Source of the DNA: Tortispora ganteri
Lineage: Eukaryota
NCBI GenBank assembly: GCA_003707115.1
Contig: PPNB01000007.1
Span: forward strand, 124,001-188,000
Length of the DNA: 64,000 nt
Direction: 5' to 3'
The notes beneath the pieces were generated by a model. It saw only the letters and a program-made list of their open reading frames with translations, searched no databases and was not told where the DNA came from. Shown in pieces: positions 49,001 through 58,696 of this stretch. Numbering within the stretch: position 1 is the stretch's first letter; each line of letters starts with the position of its first letter. The position numbers and the translations under genes were made by a program.

Positions 49001-49922
49001 GCCTAATGCTTCTCTAAACAGTCAACTTGACGACACAGAACTTTTGAGCTACAGAAAAGAGTATAAGAGCTTGCGTTTAGCCTTCCTGCCTCTTCTACAA
49101 AGAAGTATACTCAATTTCAAGCGACGCAATGAAATAATTATAGCTCGACTGATGCAGATATTAGGACTGGGTATTATATTTCTGCTGTTTTTCACCCCAA
49201 TGCATTACGACTACCGGGGAGCTTATGATCGCATAGGCCTGGTACAACAATACCTTGCGTTGTATTTCTGTGGTATGCTTAACAATATTGCAGTCTATCC
49301 AGACGAGCGAAACGTTTTTTACCGTGAACATGATGACAATGTTTATGGGGTTTTGCCGTTCTTTCTATGCTATCTCACTATGGAGCTGCCATTTGAAATT
49401 TTTGCGTCTGCCCTTTTTGCGGCTATTGCAGGAATTGCACCAGGCATTACAAGATCTGCTGCGGGATATTTTGCATCCTTTGCTGTATGTTTTGGCATGG
49501 CTAACTGCGGTGAGTCTATCGGAATCATTTTCAACACTCTAGTTCGTCATATTGGCTTTGCGGTCAATCTCATATCTGTTGTGCTTTCGACTGGCACAGT
49601 AATGAGTGGCGTTTTGTCTTTGAACATGCAAGGATTTTTACAAGGCATTAATTATCTTTCACCTGCCAAATATGGTGCAGAGACGATGCTTTACTTTGGA
49701 TTTCAGGATGTTGACTTTAGTACCTGCTACACGGGAGATTATTCAATCAACGGAGAGCCTTGCTCTGAAATGACAGGTGCTGAATTTTTACAGACATTTG
49801 GATACACTGCTGATGGCAGAGTGGCATTAGGCGGATTAATGGCATGTGTTGTGATTTACAGATTAATTGCATTTGTGATTCTGCGCGTGAACAGGATGAA
49901 GCTCAATGTGCAGAAATCCTAA
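46038..49922 (+). CDS. Full-size ABCG transporter (NBD-TMD)2, YOL075C-like
   Basis: Two canonical Walker A motifs (GSSGSGKTT, GPSGSGKSS), two ISGGEKRRVS signatures, LDEPT and IHQPR motifs, and two TMDs. Confidence 0.92.
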   Translation: MDFSEKKGKKIEKSIIETKDNIDFGIVDPVEVVASGVSVYKDKQHISIPLLSRFLHKTPTESKTDDIDISVKRPILSHVSCEVSPGTMMALIGSSGSGKTTLLNTMASRMSGTGLKMSGTILFNGKPNMNSVRSGYVLQQDILPHTLTPRETLRFSADLRLPSTVSRATRYQMVEQVIAELGLRDCADTRIGNVEHKGISGGEKRRVSIGIQMLANPSVLFLDEPTTGLDAFSAFQLVRTLSHLAKKGRTIVCSIHQPRSDIFHLFDSITLLARGQTVYSGPTTEIISYFEELGYAMPMHVNPADFIIDISSIDVRSPEAEERTMAQVERLLRAWKSHSSGSFSSKLETPVPAITDGDTSGSPSDIHSLSTNTAPFSTQISTLIRRGILTTFRDPFGMFGLIFAALFVGGVNGWIFYGLEGSVQGMRSMTGAAYISITGLPYLDLLYEIYRLCNTDMPIFDREKSEGIVSVSGWIISRRLTKLFLEDIPTTLIYSVLMYFLVGFRTDSARYFFVYFADVFFTHMCAIGLATIAVSISRDFSVASLIGNLSYTLQSLANGFFIAVPNMPVYVRWTRWITYTYFSFGLAASNQFSGYVGNCPSPDLNSPECYEYLGNTQLAVLGVPVNWLGVPLGVLAAWTVGFFIISGLVLRFYHRSVKVASTSVSPSASDIVNHIQHEQVPISQQKISISIQSLCLTIVKRVLPWKKREIVILKDVSTSFESGCLSAILGPSGSGKSSLLNFLADRCHSTALTKYEAHELLMLNGQKSSPKLLSRVCSYVTQDDDGLLPSLTVRETLTFAAYLRLPKTWSKDQMRERAEEIMIDMGLKDCADKLIGSEFSKGISGGEKRRVSIAVQLLSDPSVIFLDEPTSGLDSFTAGSILQVLKNLAIKGKTVICTIHQPRFDMFNKFDKLLLLTKGGRVAYSGAQSSVLDYFSQMGFHCPSNVNIADFLLDVVAVNLQDEQNEKVTRDRLNQLLDNWRDHSTEYEPNASLNSQLDDTELLSYRKEYKSLRLAFLPLLQRSILNFKRRNEIIIARLMQILGLGIIFLLFFTPMHYDYRGAYDRIGLVQQYLALYFCGMLNNIAVYPDERNVFYREHDDNVYGVLPFFLCYLTMELPFEIFASALFAAIAGIAPGITRSAAGYFASFAVCFGMANCGESIGIIFNTLVRHIGFAVNLISVVLSTGTVMSGVLSLNMQGFLQGINYLSPAKYGAETMLYFGFQDVDFSTCYTGDYSINGEPCSEMTGAEFLQTFGYTADGRVALGGLMACVVIYRLIAFVILRVNRMKLNVQKS

Positions 49923-49947
49923 AAGGAGTCTTACAACTTTCTGATAT

Positions 49948-51594
49948 TCAAATGTACTTAGAGGGGTCAAAGCTTTCGCGCCATTTAGCCCCATATTTTC
50001 TAAGTGCTAGAATAGAAACGATAAGAATGCTTCCAAGAATCGCACCTATAGTCATAAGCCAGCCTGGCCCTATTGCGTTGTATATTGGAGCAGCGACAAA
50101 ACAGGCGATAGCGGCAAATATACAGCGGATAAAGTTGTTAATGGCGACGCCAGTGGAACCATGGCCCGGAAGAGCGTCCAGCAAGTAGGCCAGTGTGTTT
50201 GAAAAGAGTATAGCGATTCCTAAACCGAAGCCTGCAGTTCCTATTAGGGGAAATACCCACATAGTGTGTTTTGCTGCACACCATCCGAATACCAGAAGTG
50301 TTGCAGGTAGTAATATGGAAGCGAACATGACGTTGATTCCTATTCTACTCTCGGGGATTGGTTTTCCATGTTTTTTGATTGATTGTTTGATGATTTTGTC
50401 ACTCCAGATTCCTCCTAGAATACTACCCATTAAGTAGAAGACACTATTTGGAATGAAAGTCAGTCCGACGATCAGTACGGGGAAATCATAGGGCGGTTGT
50501 GAGTAGACAGTTTCGACGCAAATGTTCACAAGAAAGAGCATTGCAAAACAATAGCAAGAAAATAAACTTGCAACGAATACCGGCGGATATAAAAGAAGTC
50601 GCAAATTCAATAAAGGTTTATAAAATCCTTGCCACAAAGACATCAGTAGTTTTGCAGTGGGTAACTGGAAACTGAATACTGAGAGTCTAGTCTTTTCGCG
50701 GTCAAGTACTGGACGTTCGAGAGTTTCTGGAAGACAAAACAGTACAAGTATTAAAATTATTCCACCTAGGATTACTAAAAACCAATGAGCAGCGCGCCAG
50801 CTCCATTCATGAACTAGTGCAGCAGAAATAGTTGGTGCCAGTAAAGGTCCGCAAAGTGGACCTAAGTAAAAGTAACCCATTGCTCTACCTCTCTGAGTAG
50901 TGTTATAGATATCACTGATTGTGCCAGCTCCTACTGCTTGAACGGAAGCTGCACATGCAGCAGCTAGTGTTCGAAAAACAATAAGCATGGCTATTGAGGT
51001 AGATAAAGAACATCCAATACAGAAACCTGTAAAGAATAGAAATGAAATGAGGTATACTGTTCGACGGCCATGTAGTTGTGAAATTGAACTCCACCAGATA
51101 GGAAACAATCCTAGCGCTAGGACAAAAATACCCATTGATGAATTAACTAATGACCTAGAAGTATGTAAATCATTAACAATTTCGTCTACTATAGGGAATA
51201 ACATATAACTGCCAATAGGACCCGTTGATGCAGCCAATGTGACAATGAAAGTGATAAGAGCTTTGACATTATTGGTATATTGTTTTGAGTCATAAACTTC
51301 TTCTATTATAGAGATATTAGCTAAAAGGCCTCGGCGATATTTATTAGGAACAATTTCATAGTTTGTAGTTGATATGACTGTTTCGGAATACGGACCGTTC
51401 GCACATGAACTTGAATGAGAAGAAGATGGTAAAACAGGGTGTAGGTTTAGAGAATGAGACAAACTGTACTCTGAATTTGATCTAGAAATTTCATCTTCTA
51501 TATTAAGAGTGTTTTGTGATATAACTTCCTCTTCGGTATGGTTTGAATTATGTAATGAGATTTGAGTAAAATGATCGCTATCGAGAGGATCCAT
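49948..51594 (-). CDS. MFS DHA1 drug:H+ antiporter, Qdr3-like (downstream paralog)
   Basis: RRGLLA..EE..Y motif, GRRTVY, QAVGAGTISD, RGRAMG.FYLGPLCGP and PESR; 12-TM pattern. Confidence 0.9.
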   Translation of the reverse strand: MDPLDSDHFTQISLHNSNHTEEEVISQNTLNIEDEISRSNSEYSLSHSLNLHPVLPSSSHSSSCANGPYSETVISTTNYEIVPNKYRRGLLANISIIEEVYDSKQYTNNVKALITFIVTLAASTGPIGSYMLFPIVDEIVNDLHTSRSLVNSSMGIFVLALGLFPIWWSSISQLHGRRTVYLISFLFFTGFCIGCSLSTSIAMLIVFRTLAAACAASVQAVGAGTISDIYNTTQRGRAMGYFYLGPLCGPLLAPTISAALVHEWSWRAAHWFLVILGGIILILVLFCLPETLERPVLDREKTRLSVFSFQLPTAKLLMSLWQGFYKPLLNLRLLLYPPVFVASLFSCYCFAMLFLVNICVETVYSQPPYDFPVLIVGLTFIPNSVFYLMGSILGGIWSDKIIKQSIKKHGKPIPESRIGINVMFASILLPATLLVFGWCAAKHTMWVFPLIGTAGFGLGIAILFSNTLAYLLDALPGHGSTGVAINNFIRCIFAAIACFVAAPIYNAIGPGWLMTIGAILGSILIVSILALRKYGAKWRESFDPSKYI

Positions 51595-52609
51595 TTATGA
51601 TAGATACTTAAGTAATCTTGTTGTTTGTAAGTTTGTACTATTCCATTAGCTATTTTTTAAAATAAATCAACAAAATTTCATTTATACTGGAGCAAAATGT
51701 AAAAGAACAGTGTATTTATATATACTATCGATACTATTGATCTGCAAATGCCAGATGAGGCTCCTAGTATTTGCTTTTAAATAAAGTTAGTAGCAGATTA
51801 AGTTAAGGTTTTATTGAAAGCATTTAGATTATTAGGATTCATTGTTTTAGTACAAGGTGAAAATGAATGCGACATTACTTAATACGTATATGTATCTTAT
51901 CTATAGTAAACCAGGAAGATGTTAATATTAAATTTTTAAAGCAATGTTAAATATATTTTGTAATTCAATAGATTCAGCTTTCTTGCTTATCTGATAAAAC
52001 AAAGAGGCCAATCTTAAATATACAGTTACGCTAAGAAAAATAGAGTTTTACAGGTAGCAATTGTTTTGGGGTTGTACTCAGAAATACTCTTAATAAAATT
52101 TAGTTTGAAGTTGTACAGAGTAGTAAAACTTAGCTTTTGTCAGGCTCGTTAAACTTTATTAATAATAGAGTTTATAAACGACTTTGAAAACAGAGTATGA
52201 GATGGTCTCTATATATAACTACTAATTCATAAAATTAGCTTAAAACATAGAAATTATAATGCTTTTATATAGATAATATCTAAATGTTTGCTTTCATTAT
52301 ATATATATCATTCACGTGTTCTCAACTATGTCATTCTTTTATTGTAAATAGTACGTTATGGCTAATTGTTCCACAGGTTCCACGTGAAAACAGATATAAA
52401 GTTTGAATTCCAGTAATTCTATTCATTTTTAATGAATGAGCGATTTCAATTCGCATTCTTGAAATACGCCAAATGACACCTTTTATCTGCAACATGTTTA
52501 TTATTAACAGATATTAGATTCCAATAAACAAATAGAAAAGAAGTTCATTTCTTAGTGAATATTGGTTTGTTAACAATATAATCTTTGGTTCCTTCCGATT
52601 TCTGTTAAC

Positions 52610-54298
52610 TTAAAAGAAGTCCGAAACGTTGAAAGTTTGTCGCCATTTAGTTCCGTTCTTTCGAATAACTATAACAATTAGAATTAAACCGCATCCAAGA
52701 ATCGCACCTATAGTCATTAGCCATCCTGGCCCTATTGCATTGTATAGTGGAGTAGCAATAAAACAGGCAATAGCACCAAATATACATCGTACAAAGTTGT
52801 TAACGGCAACTCCAGTAGCACCATGACCAGGAAGAGCATCGACTAGGTACGTCAATGTATTTGAGAAGATAATTGCGGATCCTAAACCAAAACCTGAAGT
52901 CCCTATTAAAGGTAATACCCACATAGTGCGTTCCGCTGCACACCAGCCAAATATTAGAAGCATTCCAGGCACTAAGATAGAAGCAAACATTACATTAATA
53001 CCTATTCTGCTCTCAGGAATTGGTTTTCCATGCTTTTTGATTGATTGCGCAATGATCTTGTCACTCCAAATTCCACCGAGAACACTTCCAAGGAAATAAA
53101 AAACACTGTTTGGAATAAACATCAGTCCAACAATCAATACATCAAATTCGTATGGCGGTGATGAATATACAGTCTCAATGCAAACATTCAAAAGGTATAC
53201 AATGCCAAAAACATAGGAGGAAAACACACATGCGAAAAATACCGGTGGGTATTTGAGAAGTCGCAAGTGCAGTAAAGGGTCATAGAATCCATGCCAAATG
53301 GAATTTAATTGTCTCTTCAAATTATATGCTTTAATAGTTGTCACGGTGGATGCGCTTTTGGTCGGGGTTAAATCTGGCTGGCGTTCCAGCGTTTCCGGAA
53401 GACAGAATAGCACACATACGAATATAACTCCGCCGAGTATCACTAAAAACCAATGAGAAGCGCGCCAGTCCCACCTGGCAGCTAATGCACCAGAAATTAT
53501 AGGTGCAAGTAAAGGTCCACAAAGTGGACCTAAGTAGAAATAGCCCATTGCTCTACCGCGTTGAGTTGTGTAGTAGATATCGCTTATTGTGCCTGCTCCT
53601 ACAGCTTGAACGGACGCCGCACATGCCGCAGCCAGCGTTCGGAAAATTATAAGCATGGCTATTGATGTAGATAGGGCACATCCAATGCAAAAACATGTGA
53701 ATAGGAAAAAGGAAATGACGTAAACTGTACGACGGCCCTGGTGCTCTGAGATCGAACTCCACCAAATAGGGAACATACCTAATGCCAAAACAAATATACC
53801 AATTGAAGAGCTAACTAATGACTTGGAAGTATGTAAATCAGTAGCAATATCTCCAATTATAGGAAAGAACATTGAACTGCACATAGGTCCGGTAGTTGCA
53901 GCAAATGCTACAATGCACGTAACAAGGGCTTTGACTTGATCTTTGTATGCCTTAGAGTCATAGACTTCTTCTACTATACAAATATGCGCCAAAAGGCCTC
54001 GTCGGTCCTTACGAGGCACCTTTTCAGGCTTGACAGATGATATGCTGCCTGAAGCACGACGTGATGTGCCAGTAGCACATGACATAGAGCGGGTACGCGA
54101 AAGAGACGGGAGAACAGGGTAAAGTTCTAAAGCACTAGCCGAAATATATTCTGAATTTGGCCCAGGACCATTGTCTTCTTCTAGCGAAGACTCGTTTGAG
54201 GCATAATGTGAAAGAGCATCTTCTTCCACATGGGTAGTTTCCTCTTCCGATGACTCGTGCGACGAATGATCGCTGTCCAGCGGGTTGACTGCAGGCAT
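52610..54298 (-). CDS. MFS DHA1 drug:H+ antiporter, Qdr3-like (upstream paralog)
   Basis: Same motifs as 49948-51594, with VPRKDRRGLLA; obvious tandem paralog. Confidence 0.9.
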   Translation of the reverse strand: MPAVNPLDSDHSSHESSEEETTHVEEDALSHYASNESSLEEDNGPGPNSEYISASALELYPVLPSLSRTRSMSCATGTSRRASGSISSVKPEKVPRKDRRGLLAHICIVEEVYDSKAYKDQVKALVTCIVAFAATTGPMCSSMFFPIIGDIATDLHTSKSLVSSSIGIFVLALGMFPIWWSSISEHQGRRTVYVISFFLFTCFCIGCALSTSIAMLIIFRTLAAACAASVQAVGAGTISDIYYTTQRGRAMGYFYLGPLCGPLLAPIISGALAARWDWRASHWFLVILGGVIFVCVLFCLPETLERQPDLTPTKSASTVTTIKAYNLKRQLNSIWHGFYDPLLHLRLLKYPPVFFACVFSSYVFGIVYLLNVCIETVYSSPPYEFDVLIVGLMFIPNSVFYFLGSVLGGIWSDKIIAQSIKKHGKPIPESRIGINVMFASILVPGMLLIFGWCAAERTMWVLPLIGTSGFGLGSAIIFSNTLTYLVDALPGHGATGVAVNNFVRCIFGAIACFIATPLYNAIGPGWLMTIGAILGCGLILIVIVIRKNGTKWRQTFNVSDFF

Positions 54299-54697
54299 TT
54301 CCTTCGTTATAATAAGATTATAATATCCTTGTCAAAATCTAACTAGCTATATCGCTGCAGGGATAGCCAAATACACTACCTTAAGCTGATAGTTTACAAG
54401 GGATTCCGATATCTGGGGTACCAATCTGTCGGAGCAAAGAGTTAGACTTCTACTAAAGAAGTCAGACTACTGTGAACGATTATTTGAAATACCAACAGCA
54501 CTATATATGTAATATAAGGAAAACAGAATCAGTATAGAGAAGCAGAATAATGAATGGAATAATAAAATGACAATAAATTATATATAAAAAAAGACGCAAC
54601 TATGGATTTGCAAGCTTATGACTATTATAGTCGGAAAAGTAATTGGGACAAGGCATTATTGTCCAATCAGCGATGTTTATTGTGGAGGGGATGCCAT

Positions 54698-55879
54698 TCA
54701 GCTCATCGGAAGCTTGTTAGAGATGTTTCGGATATTTATCCAGATCAGGAGTCCGACCACTATAGACGATGATAGCTTTGTTGACGGGTATACATTCCAG
54801 GAGTATTCCTGTAATGCCCATAGTATACCTGTCAAGGCCATATGGCGGATATATGATATTCCACGTGTGGATCTATAAAACAAGTAAGGCGTGGTCCATG
54901 CAATCCATGAGAAAAACTGATAATGTAGTGATCTAGCACACAATACTCCTATTAAATTGGTAGTCGATGTAATCTCAAGAATTGTGGCAGGCGGAATATG
55001 GGCGTTGTAGTGTTTTCGAAACAGTTCGCTGAGTTGAAACCGTCTGCTAAAATACACAGCGAGCATTGAAGCATGAACGACAAGCAAAGCATGCGCAAAA
55101 TACTTAGAAAGGAATGTCTGTTCACTAATAAATCTCCAATTTACAGTCCATTTGTACAGGAAGACGCGCGAGAAATCGAAAGCCTGGTGCAAATAACCTT
55201 GCCAGTTCTCTGCAAGGAAAGGAATCGCAATGAATGTCTGAATAGCTATGAACTTCGCACCTAAAAATACACAACGTGAAAATGATAGCTCGTATGCATA
55301 TATTAGAGCCAATGCAGGTGCATATAGTAATGCGTTCATTTTAACTGAAACAGCTAGTGCGAAGGCAACCACACTGTTATCCCATGATCTGCGCTGCAAC
55401 AGCAGAACTGTTAACTGCATGAATAGAACATTGATACAATCATTAAACATCCTAAGCAAGTATATACTGTGCAATCTCTTCGAAAGGACCAATAATGGGA
55501 ACAAAAAAAAAGGCGCGTCAGCTGTAACATATACATACATCGAGACGGCTTGACAAGCCATGTATATACCCAAGAAAATATACTGTGCTTTAAGTATGTC
55601 TGATCCTTTATTGGTCAATTCGTATAAAAATGCAAATATCCAAGCATGTCCCGCAGGATATACCATTGGTCCTGTCGGACCTGTTATTTTGAGATAGTTT
55701 CGTTCGCCGTTCACCACCATTCCTGCTTGGATCATATACGTTTCCCAGTCAATTTCCGTGTATGGGACCTTCTTAATAATTATCACACTAAAACTTAGGT
55801 CTATTAAAAGCCATAATGCCGCCCATAGCTTGACATATTTCTTGTTTTGCAGAATTTTCGGAACTGGGTCTATGAGCAT
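54698..55879 (-). CDS. ALG3: Dol-P-Man:Man5GlcNAc2-PP-Dol alpha-1,3-mannosyltransferase
   Basis: VPYTEIDWETYM, GPTGPMVYPAGH, SKRLHSIYLLRMFND, KWTVNW, RSLHYQF and WNVYPST motifs; first ATG at 55879. Confidence 0.95.
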   Translation of the reverse strand: MLIDPVPKILQNKKYVKLWAALWLLIDLSFSVIIIKKVPYTEIDWETYMIQAGMVVNGERNYLKITGPTGPMVYPAGHAWIFAFLYELTNKGSDILKAQYIFLGIYMACQAVSMYVYVTADAPFFLFPLLVLSKRLHSIYLLRMFNDCINVLFMQLTVLLLQRRSWDNSVVAFALAVSVKMNALLYAPALALIYAYELSFSRCVFLGAKFIAIQTFIAIPFLAENWQGYLHQAFDFSRVFLYKWTVNWRFISEQTFLSKYFAHALLVVHASMLAVYFSRRFQLSELFRKHYNAHIPPATILEITSTTNLIGVLCARSLHYQFFSWIAWTTPYLFYRSTRGISYIRHMALTGILWALQEYSWNVYPSTKLSSSIVVGLLIWINIRNISNKLPMS

Positions 55880-56069
55880 GTCGAAGTTCAAGTTCAAGCT
55901 CCTTGTGCATTACAGATTAACTGATAAACTGACCAGGAAGCAAGTTTTCAGTTATTTTATTGAACTCAAATATGGTCATGTAATACAAAATCCTTTACAA
56001 AACATAAATACAGCATAAATTTTCCCCAAACAATACCAAAATGGTTGCACTACGTACACTCAATACAGC

Positions 56070-56523
56070 TCACACTTCTCCTGGTTTCTTTGAGTTGCAG
56101 GCCACAATCTTCAGCTTTTCCATGTCTATCAGATCATTAGGAGCTTCTACTCGAAACTCCGCGTTCTTCACAATAAAAGTCCACACCTCATCGCAAAACC
56201 TGTATGTAGATAAATGTCCCTTGACCATGCTTTTAGTTCTAACGCCATCCTGCAACGATTCTGAGATAGCTTTGTCGAAATTCGACAACACCTTGATCGC
56301 CAACTGAGGATGTATTTTTGATTCCCTGCACTTGTTAGAAATCATCCTCAAACAACTTTCTGCACATATACTTACGAAATCAGCTGATCCAATGCATCAG
56401 TCAAAGCTGTGCCAATACTACAATAGGTTAGTTAGTATATATTCATGTGAAGCCTAAATTGTGGATTTCTCAAATTACATACCTGCTCTCTCTGTAAATC
56501 TGATAAAAATTTCCCGAATTCAT
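56070..56523 (-). CDS. TOA2: TFIIA small (gamma) subunit; exons 56523-56483, 56417-56376, 56325-56070
   Basis: Two introns (GTATGT..TACTAAC..TAG; GTAAGT..TTCTAAC..CAG) join in frame to give [37 protein letters not shown]...TYRFCDEVWTF...KIVACN. Confidence 0.95.
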
Positions 56524-56664
56524 GCTGCAATATATCTTTTTAAATATCTGGAATCTGTAAAGAAGTGCAATAAGCCACTAATCGTTAAGCAAGTACAATC
56601 AACCTATACTCTATAAACCCTATACCCGTTTCGTGCTTATATATGTTAATCTACTTTTACTATC

Positions 56665-56784
56665 GGTTGCGGCCATATCCAGCAGAAAACACCGTTCCCC
56701 GTCCGATCAACTGTAGTTAAGCTGCTGAGAGCCTGCTTAGTACTCTGGTGGGAGACCACAGTGGAATCGTAGGTGCTGCAATCT
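56665..56784 (+). rRNA. 5S rRNA gene, dispersed single copy
   Basis: 120 nt GGTTGCGGCCATATC...CCGATCAACTGTAGTTAAGCT...GGTGCTGCAATCT, with paired termini, followed by a T-run terminator. Confidence 0.96.
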
Positions 56785-56997
56785 TTTTACTTTTTGTTTC
56801 CCTGGAATTTTTGTTCCTTGTATGAGTTCAGATCTAAGCAACATACCATAGGCAAGGAACTATTTTGAAGTAAAGAGTTGCATAGCGGTTCGAAAGATTG
56901 AAATCTTTATACTGTGATGTTTAGTAAAATATACTTATTTAAATATAAGAGACATTTTAGATTTCTGTATAACTTGCTAGCATATTTTCATTGTAAT

Positions 56998-57071
56998 GGT
57001 TCGATGGTCTAGTTGGTTATGGCATCTGCCTAACACGCAGAACGTCCCCAGTTCGATCCTGGGTCGAATCA
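56998..57071 (+). tRNA. tRNA-Val(AAC), intronless
   Basis: Acceptor GGTTCGA/TCGAATC, anticodon stem TCTGC/GCAGA with CT-AAC-AC, T-loop GTTCGATC, and T8 terminator. Confidence 0.96.
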
Positions 57072-57180
57072 TTTTTTTTACATTATTCAGAACTATCTAC
57101 AATAAATAAAATCCCCTTTTTTTCTATTACTAATAAGCATATAAATATTAGTAGAATATTTAGTTATGAGATAGTGCGGT

Positions 57181-58487
57181 TCATGCATGGACGAAGATCC
57201 ACTCGCCATGTCTTTGTAATAATTCAATCGCTTCTTTCTGGCTTATATTTAATTCAGAACAAATCCAGTCCATAGATCGAGGTCCCTTTATAAGTTTTTG
57301 GAATAATGCATTCTCATCTGGAGCGCCAACTGTTGATGATCGTTGAGACATTCTTCGCAGACGATCTTCCGCGTCCTCATCACGCACGTCTCCTACCGAG
57401 GAGAGCACAGCATGAGAATGCACGCGATAAATAATTCTTTTGATAACACCAAATGTAATAAACCTCCTAATGTCAATACCGTATAGTTTGTCCTTCTGAT
57501 GCGTTGCCCATTCTTTCACAGAAATATTATGATGTAACGATCTGTATAGCCAAAGCAAGCTCACAGGAGACGTAGCAGGGGCTCCAGGAGATGCGACATA
57601 TGATGCACATTCAGCTTGTATGGCATCATCTGTTGCAAACAATTCAATATCTGGTGTGCAGGCATACCTGTTAGAGAACTGAAATATGTCAATGATTAGA
57701 ACACAATCATAATACATGAGATGTTGAATGCATTTTTTAACTATAGAGTAATCAGCATCTGCTAAATCTGCAATTCTCTTGACTGAGCTGACCCCGTCAA
57801 TTAGGCCTAGAATACGGCGCATTGTAGGATCCCAGTTTGGGTCAGTTAGTCGTTTTAATTGAACAGTCGTTATAGGAACGTGATAGCTTTTAATTTCTTC
57901 TGGCGGAGCATATAAAGGAAACAATTTGAGATTTATTTTGTTCGCTGAGTCAAGAGGTATCATGCATTCGTAATAATGGTTCAGATCTTCAAAGACCTGT
58001 TCAATCGCTGAGCTTAATGACGACTTGCGGTTTGTGAGAAACTGTGATTGCTCTTCTAGTGTACAAAACATCTGCGCGAGTTCTTTAATTATCGGGAAAT
58101 AAGGCGTTGGTTCGTCGTCTCCGTAAAACACAAAACAAAAATTAAAAAGAAAGAAATTGCGCGGATATCGTGGATTGCTAATATGCATTGGATGCGATAC
58201 AATTCTGTAAGCGCCACATCTTAAAATAAGCATTCTATCACACAATGGTTCTTTAGGTATGATATAATTTTTAATAGAATCGAAATCTAGTAAAGGCTCC
58301 TCAAATGCTGTTGGATCATCTGACTCTGTGATCGAACCAGGTGGTACTTGCACTTCAACTTTCGGACCTTCTGTCGGGTGAAACACCGCATAAAAGCAGC
58401 TTAAAATTGGAACAAACCCTTAATTTTGTTAGTAAAATTACTTAAACTGACCATACCACACAGTAGCTTACCTTCGAACCCGCCCAT
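57181..58487 (-). CDS. NPR2: SEACIT/GATOR1 subunit Npr2; exons 58487-58472 and 58418-57181
   Basis: The intron GTAAGC..TACTAAC..AAG gives MGGFEGFVPILSCFYAVFHPTEGPK, followed by YIIPK, YPRNFFLFN, WDPTM, DIFQFSN and DIRRFITFGVIK. Confidence 0.93.
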
Positions 58488-58696
58488 AATAATGTCGTAA
58501 TTGGTGTGGCCGTCAAGGCTAAGTGTGCCTCTAAGTCCCAAGGGGGAGGAGGGGAACGGTGAATTGCAAAATAGTCTTTCTTTTCAATATGTGATCTAAT
58601 AAGGGATCTTCCCTGATCAGCAATAAGTGATGCATGAACAATGTATTTTAAATAAAAAATAAATGCAGTGCATATACAGACTTGTTTGTTGTGTTA

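Noticed and set aside
52300..52500. Point centromere (CDEI CACGTG plus AT-rich DNA)
   Set aside because: There is no convincing CDEII-CDEIII arrangement, and point centromeres are restricted to Saccharomycetaceae, which this gene content does not fit.
46038..54298. Secondary-metabolite or glycolipid biosynthetic cluster around the transporters
   Set aside because: There is no adjacent P450, glycosyltransferase for small molecules, PKS or NRPS; the flanks are a formin and ALG3.
56665..57071. Yarrowia-type dicistronic tRNA-5S fusion
   Set aside because: The order is 5S then tRNA, 213 bp apart, and the 5S gene has its own T-run terminator.
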